Translations under genes and position numbers: made by a program
Assembly (NCBI RefSeq): GCF_009914755.1
Contig: NC_060943.1
Length of the DNA: 64,000 bases
Source of the DNA: the human T2T-CHM13v2.0 reference genome, Homo sapiens
Strand: one strand, 5' to 3'
Notes under the pieces: model-generated
What the model was told of the DNA's origin: nothing
Seen by the model: only the letters and a program-made list of their open reading frames with translations
The model's database searches: none
In this document: piece after piece, positions 14,567-29,367 of the stretch
Layout of the letters: the number at the start of each line of letters is the position of its first letter
Position numbering within the stretch: position 1 is the first letter of the stretch

Positions 14567-16331
14567 TCATAATAAGACGGCGAGTTAGAGACCATGCTGA
14601 CATCCACATGCTGGCTGACCTCGTGGGGACATACACCACACACAGTGAACGCACATTCGCGTGTTGCATTTGCCTGAGAGACGAACATCCCAGACTCCAC
14701 TCTGCCAAACCCTTCCACCTGTCCCTGGGGCTCAAAGAACAGCAGAAAACCGCACTTCCCATTTCCTAGGGCGTCCTGGCTGCAACTCCCAACTCAGGCA
14801 CAAAGACCCCTTCATGAAGCCTGGAGGCCCAGGCTCAAGGAGCAGGAAGCACATGCTGACAGGGGACAGAGAGCGGGAAAACACTCCTCAGAGCTTCCAG
14901 GCACAGCTGCCCTTGTTCCCAGAAGCACTGCCTTCTGAGTAAGAGCTTCTGGCAGGGAGCCGGCAGTAGCCGCCCTTGCCAAGGTTTCTGGAAACTGGCA
15001 GGCCCCCACCTCCTGGAACCACAGGGGGCAGCTGGACTGCTGCCCTTCATGACTGGCTCGAGCGCTGCCTCCCAGCAGCTGTGCAGGCAGTCCGAACACA
15101 CAATGGTCACGTGGCACACCCAACCAGCTGCAAAAAGTGAGGGGTTATGGCCAGAGCTCTAACAAAACTGGGTGGACCAGGGTGAGAATGTCTAGGAGCA
15201 TAACCTGGGTCACCACATCCTTCGTGTGCATGCTGGCTGCCATGAAAATGGACAAAGACACCCAGTGCCTTCATCTATCAGCTCAAGCAGCACCCATGTT
15301 CCCTGTGCATCTCAAGGAGCAAGGGTGAGATTCTGCTGAGTTTCCCAATTCTCCTTCCTCAGGCACAACTCCTGGGCTTCTCCCAGACTGGAATAGGAGA
15401 TGCCACCACGTCTGTCTGCCCAGCGTGCAGCCCAAACCCCTGGTCCCAGGGAGTGAGGACCAATATCCTCATGTAAGGATAAGGGATGTGACTTACATGA
15501 GGATCAGGAATGTGATCTGATAGGTACAAGAGCCACAGGGTGACACGTGAGACTAGTTCTCCTTGGTTACCTTTGGGTGCAGCAGGGGATGTAGCAACCC
15601 CCTTTCTGCCACCACTTCAGAACAGCATGGGAGGCCAGGTGAAAGGCTGCTGCTCAGAGAAGCAAACAACTCACACTCAGGGACCACCTCGCAAATGTCA
15701 CCCTTCTGCAGCATGGAGTTGCAAAGGACAAGATGTAGCCAGTAGCTGCTGGAGAGTTTCCTAGACAGAATCATTTCCTAGAGTGGGCAGCTCTGCCAGC
15801 TGGCCCCTGGAACCCTGTGTCAGTTGGGGGTGGTGACAGGCAGAGATGGATGAGGAGGGCTTTCACTTCAGATGACTGAGCATCAGAAGCAGGGATAACT
15901 CTGACACCAGTGCATTAAGGTAATTCCAATCACAAACCTCAAAGTTTAGAACTGAGATGTTAGTTAAAATGATTTCTGGTCATGTTAATGTCCTTAAAAT
16001 GGAAAAGTAAAAACCACCTATGATACTGGCAGGGTGAAGTGTTCAACAAACGTCAAAGTGCTTTGAGAAGTTACACTTTCCTTTTACCCTAAGTCCATCA
16101 CCTACCCTCAGAAAAGGCAGGGCCCAATTATTTCTGCTTAGAAGAGGCCACAGGGCCACATGACCCTATGGGATGGATCCAACACCAAACCCAATCTCAC
16201 ATGTCCAAACACCAACACGGCATGCAGTATATAATGTCACATCCTCCTGCCACTCCCAGCCCCCCACCAAACTTGGAAAAGGGACAAAGGTCGGGGAGAA
16301 AGCCAATTTACTTGCTATTTCAGTACTCTAC

Positions 16332-16467
16332 CTGTTTCTTTCCTCCCACGTCCTCTTCCTTTTGCCTGGACTATCATGATCTCGGTTTCTTCTGTGGGTA
16401 GCTCATTTATTTTTTGCAAGAAGAGCTTTTCCAGAGCTTCTGCCATTAAGACTATGTCATCTCCAGG
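16332..16467 (-). CDS. BRD4: BRD4 exon 4 (end of bromodomain 1)
   Basis: 136 nt, atccag|CCT ... ACAG|gtagag; encodes [27 protein letters not shown]...GRGRGRKET. Confidence 0.98.
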
Positions 16468-17682
16468 CTGGATAAGGAGACACAGGGGTAGAGTCAGAGG
16501 GCCCTCCCCTCCCCACCTCTGTAGACAGGGCACCCCATGCCACCCACCCCCTGCCCCCAAAACATGAAGCGTCGTATTCCGGGTCCTTCCCCGATCTGCA
16601 CCCAAAGGAGCCACAATGGCTACACTACCAGGTATCACAGAGGCTTGTGTTCCCACAGGTGTGCTGAGCCTACACTTGTCTACCTGCACCTCCCTCATCT
16701 TTTAAGCTCTGGCCTATCTGAGAAGCCATCCTAATGCCTTAAGCATCTACCAAGCTCAGCCAATCACTGAAAGGGGCCCTCCTTTGACACAATTCAATTT
16801 CACCAGAAATACGTGAATGACACAGGATTTCTTGCCATGATACATTAGCAGGGCCCCAGCAATGCTCCCCAACGTACCCCCATGGCAGCTCACCAGGACT
16901 CTGGGCACTGCACATCTCACACTAGTTGAGGGGTCCCACTCTGTCACCTCATCTATAACATGCTGTTCCCACTCAGTTCTAAACTGAGAGCCTGGTCTGC
17001 ACATTTTGCTCAAACCTAAGTGGTGAGAGCTGAGACTTTAAAAAACACAGTAAACTTCAAGAAACTCACCTACCCATCTCTTCTGGGCATTTTTACCCAC
17101 TACACCAGCAGAGGTCAAAAGCTGAGTTCTGTATAGTGTCTCCCTCCAGAGTCGTTCTATTTGAAAGGGTTGATTTTAATCACATCTGTGGTCTGAACTG
17201 TAAACAAATGATCTGGCTTCATGGCACAGCCGAGCCGAAAGGTTTGGCTACGGGGTTAGGAAGTGACCTTCAGGTCTACATGTAGGATCGGGGGGACACT
17301 TCATCTATGGCCAAGAGTTATTGACAGTCATGTCCACAGTTCCAGCAGACCATCACCCACAGAGCAACTGAGCTCTGCGCCGGCCCCATCACACCCTCTC
17401 TCACGTGGAGGTCTCTGTTTGGGCACACCTCTGCACAACTACATTTTAGCAGGCTCTTTCCTAACAATTTACATCACCCAAATGGACTTTGTCATGAGTC
17501 GCCACTATTCTCCTCACACCTTCTCTACTAGACATGCTCAGGAACCAAAATCCCAAGGGCACCAGAAGCACATGCTTCAGGCTAACAAGGACAGCTTGCA
17601 AGTTCAACATGGCCAGCACCCTCCTCCCAGCAAAAAAGCCCACACCCAGTCACAGGAACAACCACAGGTCTCATTACCTCTA

Positions 17683-18042
<360 letters not shown>

Positions 18043-20149
18043 TCACCCCTGGCTGCTCCACAGGTAAATCCACGGGAGCCACAGCTCCTACTGGCATCAG
18101 CAAGTGATCTTGAGGGGGAACACCAAAATAAAGTGGAGCGGGGAAGGGTTCCTGGATGCTGGGGAGTAATTCAGAGGGAAACGTACAAGTTTCCAACCAC
18201 TCTATCTTGAAATAGGCTGCCTTCATTGAAATGCACATTTTTTCTTTTTATGGATACTAAAATATTCTTTCACTTTTAATAAATAAGGGGGAAACCAGGC
18301 AGCCTTTTAAAAAGCAATCCTCACCTAGTAAGACAACCCATGGCAGGTCCTACTTGTCCCATTTGAAATTTTACATGTCCATAAAATGCAAATTCCCCTG
18401 GCGCCAATGCTGGAGTCCACTTGTAACCCTTGACCCTGGCACTCCTGCCTCCTTGTCACCATGAAGAGCTGCGGAGCATAAGTTTCCACCCCTAGTCAAA
18501 TTCACTGGACTTAACGTTTCTTTCATTTGCACACAGTCTACCACTAAGGATTCTTTAGTATCCAGATACTGCTGACTGACCAGGTTAACTGCCAAATGAC
18601 AAATCTGGACAGCCTTCACAATCCTTAGTTTAAAAAAATAAAAATAAAAAATCCACCATCCCAACCCTCAAACTTTCAGATCTTACTAAGTGCCAAACAG
18701 AAGGAGCCAGATAACAGATGTAAACGTCTTAAAGTGCCCGAAATCAAACCACGTTATTCTCACAACTTCTTCTCTAAATCTAAACCTATTCTAAAACTAA
18801 GTTCATTTTTAAAAACAACCACAGAAGGAATGTGCGGACAGATCAAGCAGTGCCTGGGTTTCCAGGTGTGAGGATCACAGAGGGCCAGGCAGGGGGCTGC
18901 ACCCAGACAGCAAGTCCCCAATGACTAGACCAGCTCAGGCTGTTGGCCTGACCCACCGATAGCCAAACTTTCTGAGCCATCACTCTGACTGAGGACAGGT
19001 GCTCCTGTAATTAAGTTCAAGTGGTGTATCAGAACCAAATCCAAGTGGAGTCCCACGGTAGAGGCACAGGCTGCAGGTGGAGAGGCTGTTGCAGGGAGAA
19101 GAGAGCAGGTATACTAACAGCAAGCACTGAGGCCCTGCTCGGGATGGTAGTGGACAGCGTTGGAAAGGCCAGCACAGGGTATGGGTGTGGGGTTTTTGAG
19201 ATGTTCTGACATCCACGAGAAAGAGTCAAGGGCCACCTGCTTACATGTAAGGTTTTGGCACAGCTCATGGAACTGCCCTGGGGGTGAGGGCTACAAGTGC
19301 ACACCCAGGCACCTTAGGCAAGTGGTCAAGAGGGGAGACTGGAAGCAGACTATCGGTGCCACTTTCTATGCTCTGACCTCCTTTCCCAAGAGAACCAAGT
19401 CTGAATAGATCTATCCCAGTGGAAATTTAAATTTTATTCTATGGCCAAAGGCCACTGAATTGGCCACAGTGTGTCACATGTCTCAATGGCCAACAGAATA
19501 GTGAAGAGGAATTGGGGTGAAGGCAGAGAGAACGGTGGGGGAAGAGGAACTGCCAGCCTGGATAGTACGGTTTGGGGCCATGATAGGAGATCAAAATGCG
19601 GGTGAAGACCTAGAAGGCATCAGAAAACAGACAAGGAATACTTTTTAGGGTGGCCTTATTAACATCTCCTGAAGAAGGAAGTCCCCAGAATACAGATTTA
19701 GCATGATGATGCTCCTGATCAAGCATCCCCTTTGGCTCAGCCCCCACCAAATGCCCTGAGACCACTCTCACTCAGCAAGCTCCTTCCTCAGCTCCTCACT
19801 CTCCCATCTCTGAAGACATCAGATCAGGGCCACCATGGATCAGTCCCTTCTTCTTATGTCAGAGCTAATGAGGGCGACGTCAACAGTCATAGGGACAGGT
19901 AGATTCACACTCTGCCTGGACCAAGAACGTCCTGGCCACTCTCCAGCCTGCACTTCAGAGACTGACCTTGAACTCCCAAACCCCATGGCCTAACCAATCA
20001 CCCATACTTGTCTGTCCCGCTGGCCAGCACTGTTCCCTCAACCTCAACTGGGATGCTGCTGCTTCTCGGCAATCTCAAGTCCCCCAGCCCTTCCTTCTCC
20101 TGTCTTCACCTTCTCAGCCCTCCCTGCTTCAGTTCCCACTGCGTTTTCT

Positions 20150-20520
20150 TGTAACAAGCTGACCCCTCTGCTATTCTGGCACTGATGCGTTTCCCTTCAA
20201 AGCCAAGCTTCTTGAAATGGTGGCTTCACATCCTCACCTTCTCATTCACACCGTCGCAATCTGGTTTCTACTTCTGTGTCACGTCTTCCTAAGGTCACCA
20301 ATGCCCTCCTAAAGGTCAACAGGATGATCAGGTCGGAATCCTCATCTCTTTGACCTCCCTGTAGCTTCTGATGTTGGAATCTGGGGAAATGCTCTCTTCT
20401 GTAGGCCTTCTGCCTTCCCTCCAACCCCTAAGGGCCTCACAACGCTCTGGGTTCCACTCCAGTCCCCAGTTCCTTCTCTCCTGGTTCTGTGCATCTGCTC
20501 TGAGAATTTCACTCTCAACT
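20150..20520 (+). mobile_element. L2 ORF2 (RT) relic
   Basis: Degenerate QSGF...KVTNAL...LFDLPVASD, similar to the L2/CR1 RT motif QSGF..KVTND..LLDLSAAFD. Confidence 0.7.
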
Positions 20521-20825
20521 ATGGACCCTGTCCAGCCCAGCTAGAGATTGGTGCAGTGAGCTCCCCCAACAGTCTCCCTCCCGCAGGCCAACACAGCTGA
20601 CTGCCTCCACTCCTCATCTTGGTCAATGGAGAGCGTGGCGCCTCTTCTGCCTCCATACCTTTCCTGAGCCATTTCAAGACCCAGACACGTACTGCCCTGT
20701 TCTGATTATCTTCCCCCGAGTGCTTGACACGTATTCAGTGAAGCAATAGCACCAGACAGTTCTTACAGACACAATGACTTTAAACTTGGGAGTAAGGATG
20801 CCTGGCAGAGGCTAAGGCCGCTCCT

Positions 20826-20881
20826 ACACACCAGTGGCTCTGGTGTGCACACACCAGTGGCTCTGGTGTGCACACACCAGT
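20826..20881. repeat. 23-bp tandem repeat x2.4 with an internally palindromic unit
   Basis: (acacaccagtggctctggtgtgc)2 acacaccagt. Confidence 0.9.
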
Positions 20882-21643
20882 CTGGGTCAGTGGCTGCAAC
20901 CACCTAATGCACTTGCCAGGGGGTGTACAGGACTTGGCAAACAGCAAAGGACAATTTAAAGACAATTAGTCTTTGGTGCTTTAAAGAAAAAAAAACTGAA
21001 GCATTTATTCCATCTGCTCCCTGAGGTTCAGCTGGAGATACAGGTTTGCTTGCAGAACAGTTTGCTAGGGACATGGGCATATGGAAAACTCTCCAGGGAA
21101 AGAGAAGAGGGGCGGGCTCACAAAAGCACAAGAGCAAGTGTGCTGTAGCCAGAGGGAGGGAGGGCAACACCACCTGTGCAGCTGCAGCCACAGCCACCTT
21201 TCTCCAACTGGGGACGCCTCCATGTACTTGCACTCCCTGCGAGGTAATCCCACTATCTTTCCCCACCGTGTGCTCCGGGTGACAGTGACGATGATGCTAG
21301 GTGACCACTACTGCAGCAAGCCAATTCCCCTCTAGCATAGTTTGATCAACTACGTCTACTTATCCTTGATCAACTATGTCCACACCTGAGAAATGAAGGG
21401 GCTAGGATGGCCAAGTGCTCTGACTTCAACTCACCATGGAACTGGAAGTAGATCTGTGGGCCTTCCTTTCTCCCACTGCTTCAACCTCTACACAATTTTC
21501 CCCAGGATTCCAATATCTAAGAAACCAGTTATTGTTAAGCCAATTAGCTCATTCTTTCTCCCTGATTTCAACTGATCAGAACTGCTGAAACCACTCACTC
21601 AAGGGCCCTGCAGCTCTCACCATGATTCCAAATGCATCTCCTA

Positions 21644-22081
<438 letters not shown>

Positions 22082-23778
22082 TCAGTCAGCAGATGGGCAC
22101 CGCTCAGAATGACAAGTCCCTCTGGCTGTGGTCTCCAAGGACTGAGTTCCCTGGCGGTAGCTAGCCAAGTTGGCCAGAGGGACCACCCCATGCTTTGACT
22201 GAAAGGGTTCCAATGTCTCCTCTCCCCAAAGACTTACCCTCCAGCAGGGAGGAGACCACAAACCAACAGAGGAGGCAGAGTGAGGTGGTGAGAGCCCACT
22301 AGGAGCCAGCAAAGGCTCTGGGAACTATGAAGGTCATGGGGAAGGATGTACAATGAAGCCACGTCTCACAAACCTGCACATCCCTTTTCCCACCTGTGAG
22401 TTTTTAGGAGATGCTGCCTGTGTGTGGAAGGGGATGATGTGCAGGCTCCCACATATGACATTTACATTAAAACTCCTTGCATTTATCACACACAAAGCAT
22501 CGAGCAAAGTCAATCATTTCATTTGGTGGGCCAGGCAAGGAGAAGCAGGAAGGCTGGGTCTGCCCACCCATGGATGGCCCACCCAGTCCACTGCCAAGTG
22601 CTCAGGGCAAAGCCACAAACCTACTAAGAATATTTTCTTGGTAACTTAAATAATGCAGGTCTGCTGAGGAAAGAATCTGCATGTTTACTGCCGATAAAAT
22701 AAAAATGAATCCATACTAGACCTACCATTTTCTTTTTTTTTTTTTTTTTTCATCTCTAGTAATAAACCTAAGAACTCAGTGGAGATATCATTCTGGGATG
22801 AACTTTTAGTGGGTTCAGAAGCAGCTTTATGCCTAGCACACACTAGGCACCCTAGCTGCCAGTGAATTACTTTGTGTAATTTATTTAAACCAGGATTACA
22901 CAAACTTTTTTTGTAAATGCAGTTCTGGCAAATAATCCTATTTTAAAAGCTCCAAACGGAGAATTTGCTACATAAAGCAACTCCATGGACTAGGCTGTGG
23001 AGATAGGAGGCCAGTGAGATAGGAGAAGACACAGGGACAAATGACACAAGCCACATATCAGCTTGCTGGGAACCTTGGGTCCAGTGTACCAGTCTTGGTC
23101 CAGACACAGATAGATTACAGGACACACCAAGTGACTGGACACAAGTATTGGTAGAAGGACAGCATCACAGACAAGGAAACAAGTCAGTGGGGTTTAAACC
23201 CCACTCACATGTGGAGTAGGCTGGAGAGGGCTTCCATGCAGCAGGACCAGCAAGTCCAAAGTGACCAATGGGGACAAGTGTGATGGGGTCAAGGGGAGGG
23301 GAGGCCTAAAGGCACTGTGGAAGCCTGGATCCCAAGATGGAGGGTACAAAGAGTGAGGCCAAGGAATGCCATTCAGTTTGGTTTCTATGATTAGATTTCT
23401 CCTAGAAAGCAGCTCCAGAAACATATAGCTGATGCTGCGCACCAAGCACACGCCAGGTAAGTGATGGCAGGCAGGGGCAGGAGCAGCCCAGCCACAAGGA
23501 CACAGGCGGCCAGGGTGCAGAGCCAAGCTGTCCCAAAAGGAAGCAGACCCTATAAATTTTCCATTAAGTAATGACATTCTGGAAATCTCTAAGCAATGCC
23601 CTTGAGGCAAGATGAGGCCAAGGACTTCTAGAACTTCTGGGCTGGGCCATGCTTGTCTCTTTCCAAAAAGACTTGCAGCAAAGCCAAGGGACAAAAACTC
23701 ATGTGTGCTCTAGGCCAGTGACCACTCTTCTTCACCTTCTCACCAGGCCTAGATAGGCCCTTGAGCCGAGGAAGCTGA

Positions 23779-24135
<357 letters not shown>

Positions 24136-24640
24136 TGAACCTTGCCTCATTTGGTGTTTTAAGCCATTGCAAAAGCCAAAACACCCCTCCCTAGCCAGCC
24201 AGCTCACAAGTGATGCACAGTAACAGTTAAATCCTCAAAAATGCTAACATTGCTTCTGGCCTCATCCCCACTTTACAGATAGGGAAACCAAGGCAGAGAG
24301 AAGTACCTGACCCAGGAGTGGAAACACCAGGTCTAAGCAGATAGAGTGGCCCAAAACCTGGCATCTGATTCCTGGGCAGTTAAGTTGGCCTTTGAATTAA
24401 GGAAGTCCTCATTAGTGAGCTGCACACACACACATCAGAAGTGTCCAACACAGATGGTCGTGACACAGTGGCCATCCTTAACACACACACACCCAGGCCC
24501 CTGAGGAAAGAAACTGCTGGAGGTTGTCTGTTCAAATGTGAAGGTATGACATGTTCGACACATAAGACAAACCTGGTAGCTACCAGTACCCCAAAGTTTC
24601 TTTAAGGAGGCTCTGAAGATAACCAATGAAAGTGACATCT

Positions 24641-24933
24641 GGCCGGGCACGGTGGCTCACGTCTGTAATCCCAGCACTTCGGGAGGCCAAGAAGGGTGGG
24701 TCACTTGAGGTCAGGAATTGGAGATGAGCCTGGACAACATGATGGAACCCCATCTCTACTAAAAAGACAAAAAATTAGCCGGGCATGGTGGCCAGCTACT
24801 CGGGAGGCCGAGGCCGGAGAACTGCCTTGAACCTGGGAGGCGGAAACTGCAGTGAGCCATGATTGTGCCACTGTACTCCAGCCTGGGCAACAAGAGTAAA
24901 ACTCCATCTCAAAAAAAGAAAAAGAAAAGAAAA
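24641..24933 (+). mobile_element. Alu (S-like)
   Basis: Consensus; TSD gaaagtga(c/t)atc. Confidence 0.95.
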
Positions 24934-26415
24934 GAAAGTGATATCCATGGCCCCACAAGGGAGATCACCATAAGATACCTGGGACTCCTGCACCCACTCT
25001 GGGCCTGTGCAGCACCTGCACCTCAAGGGACCACACTGACCTACTGCTATGCCCACAGCCTTCCCATGACTACAGGAAAGTAAGACCCTTGGGAAACTTC
25101 AAGAGCCCACTCTTACTGCAATGACAAGAAACATGAGGAAAACCAACCACTTCTAGTCTGTTATGGGGCAAGAAAGAGAGGTACAGTGAGAAGTCCTATG
25201 TGAGACCCAGATGACTTTTCTAAGGCCCAGATTTGATATGAGGTCAGCCTCCTTGGGCGAATTCTTCCCACAGCGGTTCCCCCCAACCCCACACTGCCCC
25301 AGGCCCCTAGCATCTAGGCTCTAACAACAAGTCAGCCAACCCTGTCACCTTCAGCCTTTGATCTGCTAGCCCTACTGCCAGACAGATGGATGGATGCAGA
25401 CATAGGCTCACAGACTCTCTCTCTCTCTCTCTCTGGCCCATAGCATCTGGTGCTTCCCTCATCTCCATCTACTGAGTTCCATGGTCAGCCCCCTAGGAAC
25501 CTGAAGGCAGGCTCATCTTTATTTCACTTTTATCTTCCCAGCACACAGGAGGTGAACCCTTAGTGACCATACCCACATTGTCATCCTGGGGCTTCCAGCT
25601 CAATCTCAAAGCTCTGGAAAAGCAAAACAGTTCACACTCTCACATGGATAATGTGGAGACCACCAGACTCAGTCACTCGCTCAGGCAACAGGTCCTAACA
25701 TGCCTTGCCCTAGGACTCAGCGGTTGACATGGCATTCTCCCGAGTGATTAGGCAATACATGGGGTGAATACTGTGGAGGAGAAGGGCAGGGCTGCTCTGG
25801 CCATGGACGGGGAGAGGGATCTGCACTGACCCGAGGGACAGGCGGCATCTCTGAAGAAGGGACAGAGAATGAGACCAGAGGCGGGGGAAGAGTGTGTGCG
25901 CTTCTGTGGTGGGGGTCAGGCAGGCAGTGGCAAGAGAAGGCATGCCTGGCATAGATAACAGGAGACAACATCTTCAAAGTTTTCCGTTGAAAAGATTAAA
26001 AACTGCTGCTCCCTCTCCATTTTCATACTGACCTGTGGCCAAAAAGCAGGAGCCACCATTCACCACGTTAAGAGTTAGCTGAAGGTCAAGGAAAAGGAAA
26101 AGAATTTCGCTTATTGTTTCCAATCCAAAGGCGGCTACATAATCGAACTTGATGTCCTACTTTTGTATCTACTTCCAACAGAAACCCTATATCATGTTCC
26201 CAGTGTAGAAGAAAAGGATGAAGCAAGGTTAGACAATGCTGTAGTTCCCAAACTGAGTGCCCAGGTGCCTTGGGGATGTCATGGTAAACTCAGATGGCAT
26301 TGCAGGAACTATCAGCACAAGGCAATTGATCATTTCAACACCAGATTGCACTATATTCAACAGTGTCACAGCCTGCAACACTTGATCAGCAAGTTGCTGT
26401 AATAAAACAAAGATT

Positions 26416-26730
26416 GTCCAGGCACAGTGGCTCACGCCTGTAATCCCAGCACTTTGGGAGGCCATGGCAGGTGGATCACCTTAAGTCTGGAATTTGAGAC
26501 CAGCCTGGCCAACACAGTGCAACCCTATCTCTACCAAAAAAAAAAAAAAAAAAAAAGTACCCAGGCATGGTGGTGTACACCTGTGGTCCCAGCTACTCAG
26601 GAGGCTGAGGCAGGAGAATTACTTAAACCCAGGAGGTGGAGGTTGCAGTGAGCAGAGATGGCGCCACTATACTCCAGCCTGGGCAACACAGCAAGACTCC
26701 GTCTCCAAAACAAAACAAAACAAAACAAAA
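26416..26730 (+). mobile_element. Alu (S-like)
   Basis: Consensus, (CAAAA)n tail. Confidence 0.9.
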
Positions 26731-26759
26731 AGCAAAGGTCATATAAAAATCAACATGAA

Positions 26760-27059
<300 letters not shown>

Positions 27060-27168
27060 AAATCAACATCAACAGGAGATGCAGGTAGTGACATCCAACC
27101 TGGTTCTAAGGTTTGAGGATTTGTGCAGCATCCAACAGGCAGACACATCCTATTAGAAAGTAACTATG

Positions 27169-27539
<371 letters not shown>

Positions 27540-27763
27540 CTACACAGTTGTTGAGACATTGGTACTTATTCTGCTGCTTGTGCTTAACCACCTAATAAAC
27601 AATATTGTTGGCTACTTCCTCTGGCCTGAGGCATCACAGAAAAAACTGAGACGTTTAAGGATGTTGTGAACCAAGAAAATTTGGGAACTTCTGGGTTAAT
27701 GAAAATAAAAATGTAAATTTTCCCTCTAAATTCATAGACCTCTGATTAAGCATGCCTGTTTTC

Positions 27764-28055
<292 letters not shown>

Positions 28056-29179
28056 TAAGCATGCCTGTTTTCAAAGATGTTCTTTGCAATCATAATATTT
28101 AAGTGAATTTTGGGAAAATATTAGGGATAGACAGTACTTAACAGAGAACACAACTGTAATGTTTTATAACTCTGAACAGGAAACAAACTGTTTCCTTGGA
28201 CTAACTTTATTTACAATCTAGTCAATAGTTCAGACAAATTAGAAATCTAACAAAAGATATAGAAAACAAAAAATCCAAAACCAGCTCAGAAAGTTTGAAC
28301 ACTTTCTGCAATGATGGAGTCCCTACTTGCAAAGTGGATGGCAGCAAGCCCTCTTCACTGGTATCCTCCATCAAGTCATAGTTCTCTCCATCGCCCGTCC
28401 CAATTAGCTCCTATCCTTCAAAGGGGCTTTCAGGGTCTCCAGACAGGCTTTGTTCTGAACCCACTCATCACAAAGCAGTCTGGCCCCAAGCAACCTGTTC
28501 CCAGACCAGGAAAGGAGATTAGAAAGCAGGATATAGATAGATACAGACATGCAGGGCAGGCTTAGTTCTGGGACTCTAAAGGCAAGCCAGAGAGGAAAAG
28601 AGAAAGACCACAAACAACTGCCCAGAATCTGCTGATTGCTGGAGATTCAGTTCCCAGTTCCGTCCATCACAAGTCACTGAGAAAACCAATGGGTTGGGAC
28701 CAGCTATACTTTGTATTTGCAGTTCTACCTGAAGTCCTGGCCTCCCAGCGGACCTCTTGAAACCCAGTAATCCTGCCTTCATTCTGTCTGGTCTGTTCAG
28801 ACTCACCCCTCTCCTAAAGTGATGGAGCACACAGGTAGAAAGACGCCAGGGAAGGCAGAAGCAGTCGCCAAGACGATGGCTGGTTAAACCACACTTAGCA
28901 GAGCTTTATGCAAGCCATCATCACACAGACCTGCACCAGGGCCTAGAAGAGCTCCACAGGAGGTACCTGCCACTTCTTGAGCTGATGCTGTTATCGAGCA
29001 CTTCATCTGTATTGGCTTAGTTATCCACACAACAACCCTAAAAAGCAGGCTGCGACTTTATCATCTTCATCATCATCCCCATGGGGACAGAGGCAGAGTG
29101 GATGGTGGCCTGGTTGGCTGGACGTCATTTGGAACAGTGTGTGCTTCAAGTCCTCTGCTCCACAGCTGTCTCCACTCAC

Positions 29180-29367
29180 CAAGCACAGTGGCAACACCCA
29201 CAAGGGGCAGAGGCCCAGTCATCCTACACGGGTCTTTGGCTTGGCCAGCAGCACCACACTTTGCTGTACCCATCAGTGGCCTGCCTTCTCTGCAGAAGCA
29301 GCTGGGTGCCATGTGGCCCATAAGCTGGGTCTTAAGTCAGACTTCTAGCAGTAGTATTCCAAAGAAT
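29180..29367 (-). other. BRD4: BRD4 alternative (proximal) non-coding first exon
   Basis: Strong donor CTTG|gtgagt at 29180. The sequence ATTCTTTGGAATACTACTGC...GTGCTTG matches my recollection of the 5' end of a BRD4 mRNA; the 5' boundary comes from that recollection. Confidence 0.8.

Noticed and set aside
20826-20881. CRISPR-like palindromic direct repeats
   Set aside because: No unique spacers, only 2.4 copies, eukaryotic intron; a simple tandem repeat
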